Source: Limisphaerales bacterium (GTDB lineage Bacteria; Verrucomicrobiota; Verrucomicrobiia; Limisphaerales; JAJOIW01). Taken from it: 64,000 bases of DNA. Position numbers and translations under genes: made by a program. The DNA is taken from assembly GCA_965657355.1 (NCBI GenBank), contig CBFHOE010000005.1, positions 64,001-128,000 on the forward strand, given 5' to 3'. Below, in pieces: positions 22,174 to 32,266 of this stretch (the first letter of the stretch is position 1; every line of letters begins with the position of its first letter). The notes beneath the pieces are model-generated. The model saw nothing but the letters and a program-made list of their open reading frames with translations, did no database searches and was not told the DNA's origin.

Positions 22174-23609
22174 GCATATTTCCTGAGGATAATTCAAAAT
22201 CACAAGAATTACGCTCCCATTACGTCTCATTAGACCGGGCCTATTCATGGCACCCTTTTACTCAAATGCGTGACTGGTTAAAGGAGGACCCTGTTATGAT
22301 AGAGAAAGGAAAAGGTGCCTATTTGTGGGATTTTAATGGGCAAAAATATTTAGATGCCAATTCGTCCATTTGGACAAATCTTCACGGCCATAATCATCCA
22401 AGATTGAATCATGCTATCAAGACTCAGTTGGACAGTTTTGCGCACACCTCCTATTTAGGTCTTGGCCACGGTCCAGGATCCCAACTAGCCAGCGACCTTG
22501 TTGATTCATGCTCTTCCTCGAGCTCCTCTCAGAAACTAAATAAAGTTTTTTTTAGTGATGATGGTAGCACGGCAATTGAGACGGCTCTCAAAATTTCGCA
22601 TACAAGTGCGCAGCGGCTCAAAGGCATTGAAAATCCCAAATTTCTAAGCTTGAGCAATAGTTATCACGGAGATTCAGTTGGGGCCGTTAGTCTGAGCCAA
22701 ATAGAAAGTTTTCATAAAAATTTTCGATCCTTAGTGTTTCCTGTTGATAAAGTCATGAATCCCTATTGTTATCGGTGCCCGTTCAATAAAGCATCATATG
22801 AACCAGGTGTCCCGGCCCATGTTTCCAGAAAATGCAATTGGGAGTGCATTGATGAAATCGAGAAAAAATTTAAATCAAAAAAAAAATCGGGTGATTCTTC
22901 TTATGCAGCAATGATAATAGAGCCTGGGATTCAAGGAGTTGCAGGCATGGTGGTTCAGCCAGAGGGATGGTTGGAAAAAGCTACTACTATTTCTCGAGAT
23001 AATGGAAGTTGGATGATTTATGATGAAGTCATGACTGGCTTCGGACGCACGGGCCCAACTTATGCTTATCAAATTGATGATTTGCCACCAGATATTCTTT
23101 GCTTAGCAAAAGGGATCACTGGAGGTTACTTACCGCTTGCGGCAACTATCACGAATAATGAACATTTCTCTGCCTTCTTAGGTGATTATAGCGAATCTAA
23201 ATCTTTTTTTCATGGTCATAGCTACACAGCAAACCCTCTGGGGTGCGCTGCGGCCTTGGAGAATATATATCTTCTAAAAACTGAAAATGATCACCTAAAA
23301 AGAGAATCCCAAGCAAATTTACTGAAGAAAGCTCTTGAGCCTCTTTGGGATTTAGCAAATGTCGGAGATATTAGACAATTAGGGACAATCGCAGGTATTG
23401 AACTAGTCAAAAATAAGGAAACAAGACGTCCATTTGACTGGGGTGAAAGAGTTGGGGTTAGAGTATGTCAAAGAATGAAATCCCTCGGTGTTCTTACCAG
23501 GCCAATTGGAAATATTATTGTCGTTATGCCTCCATATTGTCTTGAGCCAAAAGATTATGATTTGATTTCCTCTGCTTTAATTGAATCGATTTCTATGGAG
23601 CTTTGTTGA
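22170..23609 (+). CDS. bioA: adenosylmethionine-8-amino-7-oxononanoate aminotransferase
   Basis: WHPFTQM, SDDGSTAIE.ALK, YHGD, DEVMTGFGRTG, PDILCLAKGITGGYLP, HGHSYTANP. Confidence 0.93.
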   Translation: MSIFPEDNSKSQELRSHYVSLDRAYSWHPFTQMRDWLKEDPVMIEKGKGAYLWDFNGQKYLDANSSIWTNLHGHNHPRLNHAIKTQLDSFAHTSYLGLGHGPGSQLASDLVDSCSSSSSSQKLNKVFFSDDGSTAIETALKISHTSAQRLKGIENPKFLSLSNSYHGDSVGAVSLSQIESFHKNFRSLVFPVDKVMNPYCYRCPFNKASYEPGVPAHVSRKCNWECIDEIEKKFKSKKKSGDSSYAAMIIEPGIQGVAGMVVQPEGWLEKATTISRDNGSWMIYDEVMTGFGRTGPTYAYQIDDLPPDILCLAKGITGGYLPLAATITNNEHFSAFLGDYSESKSFFHGHSYTANPLGCAAALENIYLLKTENDHLKRESQANLLKKALEPLWDLANVGDIRQLGTIAGIELVKNKETRRPFDWGERVGVRVCQRMKSLGVLTRPIGNIIVVMPPYCLEPKDYDLISSALIESISMELC

Positions 23610-23611
23610 AA

Positions 23612-25303
23612 TCAACCGTCACTGGGAGCATTGCCAGTTTTTCTATACCTTCTCCAATTATTATGCTCTGGATCCTCGTGACTATCAGGCTTTTTGAGCC
23701 TCGAATGCAATCCGATAACGGCCCCACTAAAAAACCAAAAAATAATACCAAATTGAGTATTAAATGTTGGCTGGCTATACGCCTGAATGATCACAGATAA
23801 ATTTAGTGCAAGAACAATTGCATACCAAAATGTCCTTTCGTCTTTTACCGAGGTGAAAGACATACGTAAAATAGGAATTAACGCAAATAGGATAGCCATT
23901 GGATAGATGATCCACATCAAATATCCACCGTCGTATAACCAGCCCGTGAGTTGAATTTCGGCATGAAGCTTGGAGGATTTAATGTTTGTGTAATCATTAT
24001 TAAAACTTTCCGCCATGACGCCCCACCTACCTACACCCGCGCCTAAAGGGTATTCTCTTAAGTGTTCATCGAAGGTCCATGAATAAAAGCGGCCACGTTG
24101 ATTAGCTAAATCTTTGTAGTCTTGCTCCCCCCAGAGAAAGGAAAAGCGGTTCGAAATACTTTCACCGCCAGTGTTGACAGCCCAAATAACAGCGGTGGCA
24201 AATAAAAAAACCCCAATCCCAGAGATGAGCTGAAATTGAAGAAATCGTCTCTGGGCACAAATCGTGATAGCAAACAATATGGTGATCAGGACCAAAACTA
24301 TAAAAAGCGACCTGACCTGAGTGAGAAGCAACACGACTGGCCCGATACCTGCCCCAATTATAAAGAAAATTCTGGAGAAAAAAGATAGTCTTGGCCCAAA
24401 GGCCATGGCAAGGCCCAAAAAACCACAGAAAAGCCCCGAGTAAGAGGCGTAACCGGGAGTGTCACTCAGACCACAGGGGCGCAATATCTGACGCCCACCG
24501 GGTCCGGTGTAGGTCAAACGGTCCCTAATTTCAGGATCGACAGTTGTTAATGCCGGAGGGGAAAAAACTTCAGGATAATAAACTTGGAGTATACCTAAGA
24601 CGGCACTTACCAGGTTGGTGGCGAAAGTAAGGGTTAATAAACGAATAAGGTGCTGCCTATTTTGCACAACAAGCACAGCCCAAAACGCGGGAGCCACGAT
24701 CATGATTTGAAAAAAGATTTGTCCCAAACCTCCCTGAAAATGGCTATTGGGATGAAAAAGCAAACCAAGTAGCAGGACCATTAGCGATCCCAACAACCAA
24801 CCTTGCATTCCTAAAAAAGGGAATTTGGCTTTGTTGATTGAAAATCTATTTTGCTTGCTCGGGATGAGACTGATCTCGTCCATTTTCTTTGCCAATGCGG
24901 AGGTATCCATCTTCCACTTCATGGCTCGCTGTCTTTGCCAATGAAAAAGGTAATACAATAAGAGGAAGCCAGATATAAGATAGGGCAAAGCCCTGATGAT
25001 CGACCGAAATGGTTGCGTCCCTGGAATAAATAGAAGTCCGGTGGAAACATATTGAAGGATAATAAAAAACTCTGGCCAACCCCATCCGGGAGCCCGCCCA
25101 CCGTTTTGGCCATCCAAGCCTAACAGGTTAAATTGACTACTTTTTTGCCAAGGGAAGAATCGAATCCTTGATTTTTCTTTTCCGTCCATATCGAAATTTG
25201 AAGGATCCTGCAAAACAAATTCTACAAGCCAAGAACCTTGAGGAGTCATCATATCGGAAATTTTGAGAATCACCAAAATGAAACAGAAAATATGGCCTTC
25301 CAA
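23612..25303 (-). CDS. O-antigen ligase/polymerase (WaaL/Wzy)-like membrane protein
   Basis: About 12 TM segments, R..GL motif, LTQVRS, PLGAGVG, periplasmic His (LHAEIQ); the true start may be a downstream Met. Confidence 0.65.
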   Translation of the reverse strand: MEGHIFCFILVILKISDMMTPQGSWLVEFVLQDPSNFDMDGKEKSRIRFFPWQKSSQFNLLGLDGQNGGRAPGWGWPEFFIILQYVSTGLLFIPGTQPFRSIIRALPYLISGFLLLYYLFHWQRQRAMKWKMDTSALAKKMDEISLIPSKQNRFSINKAKFPFLGMQGWLLGSLMVLLLGLLFHPNSHFQGGLGQIFFQIMIVAPAFWAVLVVQNRQHLIRLLTLTFATNLVSAVLGILQVYYPEVFSPPALTTVDPEIRDRLTYTGPGGRQILRPCGLSDTPGYASYSGLFCGFLGLAMAFGPRLSFFSRIFFIIGAGIGPVVLLLTQVRSLFIVLVLITILFAITICAQRRFLQFQLISGIGVFLFATAVIWAVNTGGESISNRFSFLWGEQDYKDLANQRGRFYSWTFDEHLREYPLGAGVGRWGVMAESFNNDYTNIKSSKLHAEIQLTGWLYDGGYLMWIIYPMAILFALIPILRMSFTSVKDERTFWYAIVLALNLSVIIQAYSQPTFNTQFGIIFWFFSGAVIGLHSRLKKPDSHEDPEHNNWRRYRKTGNAPSDG

Positions 25304-25358
25304 TTAGCCTTTTGTGGACAGGGCTCGACAGATGGTTGTATTGAAGTAGTTTTACAAT

Positions 25359-26210
25359 GTGAAAAGTAATAAATTAACACTGGGACATTCGCCAGACCCG
25401 GATGATGCATTTATGTTTTATGGATTAGCTAAAGGGCTAATTGACAGTAAACATTATGAATTTGAACATATCCTTCAAGACATTCAAAAGCTGAATGAAC
25501 GAGCGACTCAAGGTGAATTAGACATCTCAGCTGTAAGCGTTCATGCCTATGCTTACATCAGCGACAAGTATGCCTTATTGCCCAGTGGTGCCAGTATGGG
25601 AGATGGTTATGGCCCCAGGCTGGTAGGTAAAAAACAAATGAGCAAAGATGAAATCCGCGGCAGCAGAATAGCTGTTCCAGGGGTGATGACTAGTGCTTTT
25701 CTATCTCTTCAATTGTGGTTAGAAACAAAAGCCGATGACCTTGACTATGTCGTGGTGCCTTTCGATCAAATTTTTGATGCGGTTCATCAAGGAAACGCTG
25801 AGATAGGATTGATCATCCATGAAGGCCAACTGACTTTTGGCAACGAGGGATTTGTTTTGAGCCAAGACCTCGGTGTTTGGTGGGGAGAACAAAACGAAGG
25901 GCTACCGCTTCCTTTGGGAGCAAATGTTATCCATAAGCGGCACTCTCCAGGGGATCGAAAAGATATTTCTGACATATTGACAGAAAGCATCTCATACAGT
26001 TTGAACAATAGGAAAGAGGCCGTTGAATATGCCCTGCAATTTGCTCGAGACATGGAGATAGACTTAGCTGATGAATTCGTAGGGATGTATGTTAACGACT
26101 GGACGTTAGACTACGGAGAGAAAGGAAGAGAGTCCATCAGAAGATTTTTGAATCTGGCATACTCCCAAGGCATCATCCCTCATCGTCAAGATCTCGAGTT
26201 CGTTGAGTAA
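25359..26210 (+). CDS. mqnD: 1,4-dihydroxy-6-naphthoate synthase (futalosine menaquinone pathway)
   Basis: GHSPDPDDAFMFY, DIQKLN, G.GYGP, IAVPG..TSA, IIHEGQ, LPLPLG, MYVN. Confidence 0.9.
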   Translation: MKSNKLTLGHSPDPDDAFMFYGLAKGLIDSKHYEFEHILQDIQKLNERATQGELDISAVSVHAYAYISDKYALLPSGASMGDGYGPRLVGKKQMSKDEIRGSRIAVPGVMTSAFLSLQLWLETKADDLDYVVVPFDQIFDAVHQGNAEIGLIIHEGQLTFGNEGFVLSQDLGVWWGEQNEGLPLPLGANVIHKRHSPGDRKDISDILTESISYSLNNRKEAVEYALQFARDMEIDLADEFVGMYVNDWTLDYGEKGRESIRRFLNLAYSQGIIPHRQDLEFVE

Positions 26211-26318
26211 GAAAAACAGAGCATTTGATCCAACAAGAAAGGATTAGTTCTGCGTTTGGAAAAAATTTTGGAGCGCTAGGGCTGCCATACTTGTGGGCAA
26301 TCATATTTTTGGTTTTGC

Positions 26319-26349
26319 AAAAGCAACTTTCTCAAGGAGTTGCTTTTTT
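26319..26349 (+). terminator. intrinsic terminator
   Basis: AAAAGCAACTTT-CTCA-AGGAGTTGCTTTTTT. Confidence 0.75.
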
Positions 26350-26382
26350 GTGTTTAAATGAAGAGAATTCACAACTAAAAGC

Positions 26383-27573
26383 ATGAAATATCGAAGATTT
26401 GGAAAAACAGAGGAACAAATACCTGTCATTTCTTGTGGTGGAATGAGATACCAGCACAAATGGGATGATGTACCACTTGAAGAAGTTCCCTCTGCAAACC
26501 AAGAGAATTTAAAGAAAACAATTTTTAGGTCTCTGGATTTGGGAATAAATCACATAGAAACAGCGCGAGACTATGGCACTTCTGAAATGCAACTGGGACT
26601 CGTGCTCCCGCAGCTGCCACGTGATGAAATATTAGTGCAGACAAAAATCCCACCATTCGCCAACCCGAAAGATTTTGTGAATACTTTCAACAAATCCATG
26701 GATTATTTAAATCTGGATTATGTCGACTTTTTATCAATTCATGGGATCAACAATCAGGAATTACTGGATTATTCAATTGCTCCAGGAGGGTGCCTTGATG
26801 CGGCGCGAAAACTTCAAAATGAAGGACGCTGCAAGCACGTTGGCTTCGCCACACATGCAACAACAGATATTATCCATAAAGCATTAGAGACCAATGGTTT
26901 CGACTATATAAATTTGCATTGGTATTTTGTTAATGACCTCAACAAGTCTGCTATCGAATTGGCGCATTCCCAAGATATGGGAGTCTTCATTATTAGCCCA
27001 AATGACAAGGGAGGAAAATTGTATGAACCGTCCCCTAAACTCACGGACCTTTGCTCCCCTCTTACCCCAATGCAATTCAATGATTTGTATTGCCTGAGAG
27101 ATCCAAAAATACACACCCTAAGCTGCGGTGCTGCTAAACCGACGGACTTTGATGAGCATGTGGCAGCGGTCGATATGCTCGATGATGCCGAGAAATTAAC
27201 GAACCCAATTGAAAAGAAGCTGAGAGAGGAAATGGAGAAAGTTCTTGGTAAGGATTGGTGTGAAGGATGGTGGAAAGGCCTCCCAAACTATGTTGATGTC
27301 CCAAATGAGGTGAATATTGTTGAAATTCTTCGACTTTGGACTTATTCAAAGGCGCTAGATATATCTGGATGGGGGAAAATGAGGTATAATTTACTGGATG
27401 GAGCTGCTGAACATTGGTTTCCAGGAAGAAAAGTGCCGGTAAATAACATCGATTCCATTGCTCCTGCCCTGGAAAACAGCCCATTTAAGGAAAAACTGCC
27501 AGCCATTCTCAAGGAGGCTCATAAATTGCTCGATGATACCCCTATGAAAAGGTTATCTCAAAGCGATGAATAA
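26383..27573 (+). CDS. aldo/keto reductase family protein
   Basis: MKYRRFGKT, G.NHIETARDYGTSE, VQTK, LDYVD..SIHG. Confidence 0.88.
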   Translation: MKYRRFGKTEEQIPVISCGGMRYQHKWDDVPLEEVPSANQENLKKTIFRSLDLGINHIETARDYGTSEMQLGLVLPQLPRDEILVQTKIPPFANPKDFVNTFNKSMDYLNLDYVDFLSIHGINNQELLDYSIAPGGCLDAARKLQNEGRCKHVGFATHATTDIIHKALETNGFDYINLHWYFVNDLNKSAIELAHSQDMGVFIISPNDKGGKLYEPSPKLTDLCSPLTPMQFNDLYCLRDPKIHTLSCGAAKPTDFDEHVAAVDMLDDAEKLTNPIEKKLREEMEKVLGKDWCEGWWKGLPNYVDVPNEVNIVEILRLWTYSKALDISGWGKMRYNLLDGAAEHWFPGRKVPVNNIDSIAPALENSPFKEKLPAILKEAHKLLDDTPMKRLSQSDE

Positions 27574-27671
27574 CTTGATCGCTTTTTCCATCTAATATGA
27601 TAACTTTTATGCTACTCCACCTTGGAAAGGCATAGAGTTTCCTAGAACTTAACACGAGGAAGAAAATCGTA

Positions 27672-30017
27672 ATGAAATCATTAGCTACTCTGATAGGAAT
27701 TCTTTGGATCGGATTGGGACTAGCCTTTCTACCCGAATCCAAGAATGAAGACTCAACGACACCCGCAGAGTCAGAGCCTTCGAGAATAGCGGACTCAGCC
27801 AACCAAGACCAAAATAAAATTCCGGCCGAACCCAAAGACTCTCCGAAAAAAGAACAAAAAGATAACATTGTTTCTGATCAATCCACAAAAGGTTTGGCCG
27901 GCATAATCAGATTAAGTAAAAGTGGCGTTGGTGAAAGCGTCCTTCTATCGTTCGCAAAAAATACTGAGTATAGTGCCCCACTCAATGCAGGTGATATTCT
28001 TTATCTAAGCGAAATGGACGTATCAGAAACCATCATTGCATTGGCAATAGACACGGCTAAACTGCAGCACAAGATAATCTCTCAACTTGAAGACCTCAGT
28101 TTAAATATTTCGGAAGCACAAAAAACGACCTCCACCAATCCAGGGGAAATCGGATCTCAAAATAGAGATAAAACAGAGGGTCCTCAGCCTGATACAATTG
28201 AACAGGATAAAAGTGATTCGACAAACAAGGTGGCTGCTAAAACATCAGGTGAAGCTATTAATCCTCACAATACGACCAATAACTTCCACGAATCAGATGA
28301 ATCTTATGCTGTTGTGCACGCAACTCCAGAGAATGTTGTCGAAGAAGTCGTAGTCGAAGAGCCAGCTTACACTGAAAATGAAAGAGTCTCTGTTTGGCGA
28401 GAAGAACTCACGCCGCATGGTGAATGGATCCAAACTGCGGAGTATGGGCTGTGCTGGAGGCCTCATCTAGTCAGAGTTGACTCCGGATGGAGACCTTATT
28501 ACACAAGTGGCCGCTGGATATACTCAGATCACGGATGGTATTGGAAATCTGGTTACACATGGGGCCACGTCGTCTTTCATCACGGTCGTTGGTGGGATCA
28601 TCCGAGGCATGGATGGCTATGGTATCCAGACGTCGTTTGGGCTCCATCCTGGGTTTCTTTTAGATCCTATGATGCATATTGCGGCTGGGCTCCACTTCCT
28701 CCAAGAGCCGTATTTAGGAGAGATCATGGTTTTTTCTACAGAGGACGCCATGTGGGGGTCAGCTTTGGCTTTGGGTTGGGGTCCAGCGATTTTATTTTTG
28801 TCTCTTACAATAGATTCACCGATCCTTATTTTCATCGGCACCTGCTTTTAGGACCATCCTACTATCACGCCTTTCATCAAAGCACCGTAATTAACAACTA
28901 CAATGTGCATGTGGATAATATGACCGTGATAAATAATGGTATTCCAGTTTCCGAGGTTGAGGGGAAAAGCCAGACAAAGGTTGAAAGAGTGGCCATTAGA
29001 AAATCAACTAGCAAGCTGGCAAATAATAAGAGAGATGCTATCGACCGCACGGGCAAGGTCCCAACCATTTATAGAGAAGATAGAGAGCAGATCATCGCTA
29101 AGTCCCATGGCAAATCTCCGGCTGCTGCAAGAAGCGGCGCAAATGGGCCCGGCAGGATCCCAACAAATTCAAGAGCATCTTATAACTCTCTTGCAAGTGG
29201 TCAAGAATTGGGAACATCAGGGATTATCAATAAATCCTCCAACGCCAAAAGACCATCTAACGATTCCTCATCAAAATTAGCAACATCCAGAACGGTACCT
29301 ACTGGAAACAATTCCAGAAAAAGACAGATCGCTAATAATAGAAACATCAGCTCTTTGCCAAGGTCTCAGGCAACAATCACTACCCGTCCCTCCAATCAGT
29401 CTAGATCTAGTAGATCGGTTCTTGGAACCAAGAACGTTTACACATCTGGAAGCGGCTCAAATTCACGCAGTGTCACAAACGCCTTAACCCCAAAGAAAAA
29501 AGTTGGCACGAGGAATACTGGATATTCTCCGAAAACAATACCTTCAAATCGGATTTGGTCTTCACCTAGCAGACGGGCTAGCAACTCAAATCTGAATACA
29601 AGCAAGTATCAAAGGACCCCCGCAAAAAAGAATAATTCAGTTGCGACTCCAAGAACATCCACCTCGACGAAATCAAGTTCTAAGAGAATTATAAGCAACA
29701 TTCGGACATCTCCTTCTAGAATAAGTAGCCCAAGCACATCGGCTAGAACACCAATTAGAAATTTCAATGGGGGGGGGACCATAACTTCAAAAAGAACAAC
29801 AAGCCCAAGTATTCGATCGAATTCAAGTTATCAAACTAGCCCCTCAAAGGTTAGATCATTGCCGTCCACTTCGCTCAGATCGACCCAAAGCAGGACGAGT
29901 TCTGCACCGTCAGTAAGAAGTAGCTCTTCTTCATCTTCAAGCACTCGTTCGGCACCTAAAGTCATTTCTGGATCGACATCCAGCTCCAGATCATCCTCTC
30001 TGCCATCTAAGCCTTAA
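27672..30017 (+). CDS. DUF6600-like secreted protein with W-rich domain and long S/T/R/K low-complexity tail
   Basis: Signal anchor; L.PHGEW...YG.CWRP, WRPY..GRW.YSD.GWYW, WG...FHHGRW, W.PSWV, GWAPLPP; C-terminal ~300 aa rich in Ser/Thr/Arg. Confidence 0.75.
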   Translation: MKSLATLIGILWIGLGLAFLPESKNEDSTTPAESEPSRIADSANQDQNKIPAEPKDSPKKEQKDNIVSDQSTKGLAGIIRLSKSGVGESVLLSFAKNTEYSAPLNAGDILYLSEMDVSETIIALAIDTAKLQHKIISQLEDLSLNISEAQKTTSTNPGEIGSQNRDKTEGPQPDTIEQDKSDSTNKVAAKTSGEAINPHNTTNNFHESDESYAVVHATPENVVEEVVVEEPAYTENERVSVWREELTPHGEWIQTAEYGLCWRPHLVRVDSGWRPYYTSGRWIYSDHGWYWKSGYTWGHVVFHHGRWWDHPRHGWLWYPDVVWAPSWVSFRSYDAYCGWAPLPPRAVFRRDHGFFYRGRHVGVSFGFGLGSSDFIFVSYNRFTDPYFHRHLLLGPSYYHAFHQSTVINNYNVHVDNMTVINNGIPVSEVEGKSQTKVERVAIRKSTSKLANNKRDAIDRTGKVPTIYREDREQIIAKSHGKSPAAARSGANGPGRIPTNSRASYNSLASGQELGTSGIINKSSNAKRPSNDSSSKLATSRTVPTGNNSRKRQIANNRNISSLPRSQATITTRPSNQSRSSRSVLGTKNVYTSGSGSNSRSVTNALTPKKKVGTRNTGYSPKTIPSNRIWSSPSRRASNSNLNTSKYQRTPAKKNNSVATPRTSTSTKSSSKRIISNIRTSPSRISSPSTSARTPIRNFNGGGTITSKRTTSPSIRSNSSYQTSPSKVRSLPSTSLRSTQSRTSSAPSVRSSSSSSSSTRSAPKVISGSTSSSRSSSLPSKP

Positions 30018-30115
30018 ATATCTGTTATGTTTTATACATCTGGATAAATAATAATAAGCCATGAGGAAACCAAACTGATACAATCCGGTTATCTTTCTTA
30101 TGGCTTCTACTTAAA

Positions 30116-31075
30116 ATGAGGGCAGATAAAATACTTACATTTTTCCTGTTGTTTTTTTTCAGCTCAACGCCGGGATCGTTTTTTTTATATGGGAATGAGG
30201 TGATATTTAGAACCGGGTTTGAACCCTCTGAAGGCTATGAGCCCATTTTTGACCTTGGAGGAATCAATGGCTGGGTTGGATCAAATGCTGGTGGAAGTGG
30301 GATACCAGAGGACACTTTCTTTGAAGGCGAAGGACAACAAGCATTTATTGGCTTCTCTCCATTTGATCAACTCTCAGAACAAAACTTTAGTTTATTTTTG
30401 TGGAATCCAATCAATTTTATACCTGCCGAAAATGAAAATCCTATTCTTGAGTTTAATGTGACTTTTCAAATTTTGGACTCAGGTACTGGAGGTAGAGATG
30501 ATTTTAGATGGTCGTTTTTTAATACTGAAAACACCAGATTATTCACCTTGGATTTTGATAATTTGACCTTAAGGCTTAATTACGTTCTCGGAAGTAATAG
30601 CGACTTCATAGAAACCCGAACTAGCTTTACCAATACAAACATCTATCAACTCAAAGTAAGAATGGACTTTGAAGCGAATGCTTGGAGCTGCTGGATAGAT
30701 GAAATTCTTGTGATTGAAAACGAATTACTTTTTGAAGAAGGGGTCGCACAATCATTAGGAGATGTTAGCGCAATTTGGGCAGTAAAAGATTCTAGCGATC
30801 CAGGAGATAATTTTATGGTTTTCGATAACTATGAAATTCTAAAAATCAATACCTTAGCCGAAGAGCCCGTTCTTCAGGTCAATATTGTTCGAAGAGAATC
30901 GGGTGCTCTTTTATTAAAAGCGAATGCCAGCATTGAATCCCAATGGATTATTCAAGGATCTGATGATTTAGAAAAATGGAATTTCCTTACAGATGTAGCC
31001 CTAACTCCAGATGGAAGTGAATGGCTTTTGAATCAAGACCAAGAAAAAGGGTTTTGGAGGATCATTCCAAAATGA
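30116..31075 (+). CDS. secreted hypothetical protein with verrucomicrobial-type C-terminal domain
   Basis: Signal peptide, beta-rich acidic body, C-terminal WIIQGSDDLEKW...GFWRI motif. Confidence 0.75.
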   Translation: MRADKILTFFLLFFFSSTPGSFFLYGNEVIFRTGFEPSEGYEPIFDLGGINGWVGSNAGGSGIPEDTFFEGEGQQAFIGFSPFDQLSEQNFSLFLWNPINFIPAENENPILEFNVTFQILDSGTGGRDDFRWSFFNTENTRLFTLDFDNLTLRLNYVLGSNSDFIETRTSFTNTNIYQLKVRMDFEANAWSCWIDEILVIENELLFEEGVAQSLGDVSAIWAVKDSSDPGDNFMVFDNYEILKINTLAEEPVLQVNIVRRESGALLLKANASIESQWIIQGSDDLEKWNFLTDVALTPDGSEWLLNQDQEKGFWRIIPK

Positions 31076-31123
31076 CTCTACCCTGGGTGTTCGGGTCAGT
31101 TGTTTTCTATTAAATTGGCCAAC

Positions 31124-31160
31124 AAAAAACCACGCATTAATTCTTAATACGTGGCTTTTT
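31124..31160. terminator. bidirectional intrinsic terminator (repeated at 32886..32922)
   Basis: AAAAAA-CCACGCATTAA-TTC-TTAATACGTGG-CTTTTT between convergent genes. Confidence 0.75.
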
Positions 31161-31183
31161 ATGCTTAAAAATGGAGAAGTTCG

Positions 31184-32266
31184 TCAGCAAATGTGAGCAC
31201 CCTGAGTTTCCACGTATACAGAGTATAATGACTGACTTGCTGTCATAAATAATCGATTACGTTTAGGCCCTCCAAAACAAACATTGGAGCAAATCTCAGG
31301 CAGTAGAATCTGCCCTATCAGATCCCCTTCAGGGGCAAATACCAAGACACCATCAAATCCATGACCGGCCCATCCGGCGCTTGCCCAAATGTTTCCATCT
31401 ATATCGGCCCGGATACCGTCAGAGCCGCCCTTTATTCCATTAACCTCCATCTTACAAAATGAGCGACCATTCTTGAGTGTATTTGAATCAACAACATCCC
31501 ATACCCAAATAGGCTTCGGGGCGGGAGCACCAGTATCAGCGACATAAAGTTTGGTATAATCAGGCGAGAAACAAAGCCCATTCGGCTTAACTAGCTCATC
31601 TGTGACTTTTTGTATTTTACCGTCTTTCGGGTCTATACGATAAACAGCTTCTTTCAATAGAAGGGGCCCTTTGTTGCCCTCATAGTTCATCATGGAGCCG
31701 TAACCAGGATCAGTGAACCAAATACCACCGTCAGGATGGACGACAGCATCGTTCGGGGCATTGAATGGTTTGCCGTTGTAGTGACTAGCGAGGACGGTCA
31801 CTGAGCCGTCGTATTCGTAACGAACGACACGCCTATTACCGTGCTCGCATGATATTTGCCTCCCTTGAAAATCAAAAGTATTTCCATTCGAATTGCCCGA
31901 TGGGGCTCGAAAAACGGAAACTGAGTTATTTTCATTGAGCCACCTGCGCTGGTTATTTGATGGAATATCCGAATATACCAAGTAGCGCCCTACCCCATTC
32001 CATGCAGGCCCCTCTGCCCAAAGCATTCCAGTATCGATTCTTTGAATAGCTGTATTACCTAGTTTGTATTTACTAAACCTTTGATCATGAATGATGATAT
32101 CAGGATCTGGGTAACGTACGGGGTTTTTTCCAGTCCAATCTCTATTTGTCTGGCCGCTCAAATTAATACAACTTAGTGCGCCAAGACCAAATACTGTCTT
32201 TCCTAAAAAGCTTCTACGATTGGCTTGATTTTCTGAATTCACTTTACTCATGTGTGCTCTTTCCAT
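31184..32266 (-). CDS. SMP-30/gluconolactonase family protein with Tat signal (copy 1)
   Basis: NRRSFLG twin-arginine motif, WAEGPAW, SNGNTFD, NAPND, FTDPGYG, PNGLCFSPD, DGIRADIDGN. Confidence 0.9.
   Translation of the reverse strand: MERAHMSKVNSENQANRRSFLGKTVFGLGALSCINLSGQTNRDWTGKNPVRYPDPDIIIHDQRFSKYKLGNTAIQRIDTGMLWAEGPAWNGVGRYLVYSDIPSNNQRRWLNENNSVSVFRAPSGNSNGNTFDFQGRQISCEHGNRRVVRYEYDGSVTVLASHYNGKPFNAPNDAVVHPDGGIWFTDPGYGSMMNYEGNKGPLLLKEAVYRIDPKDGKIQKVTDELVKPNGLCFSPDYTKLYVADTGAPAPKPIWVWDVVDSNTLKNGRSFCKMEVNGIKGGSDGIRADIDGNIWASAGWAGHGFDGVLVFAPEGDLIGQILLPEICSNVCFGGPKRNRLFMTASQSLYSVYVETQGAHIC

Noticed and set aside
29769..29777. Poly-G run in the DUF6600-like gene as a phase-variation site
   Set aside because: The run is in frame and near the end of a low-complexity tail, so slippage would have little effect; there is no other evidence.
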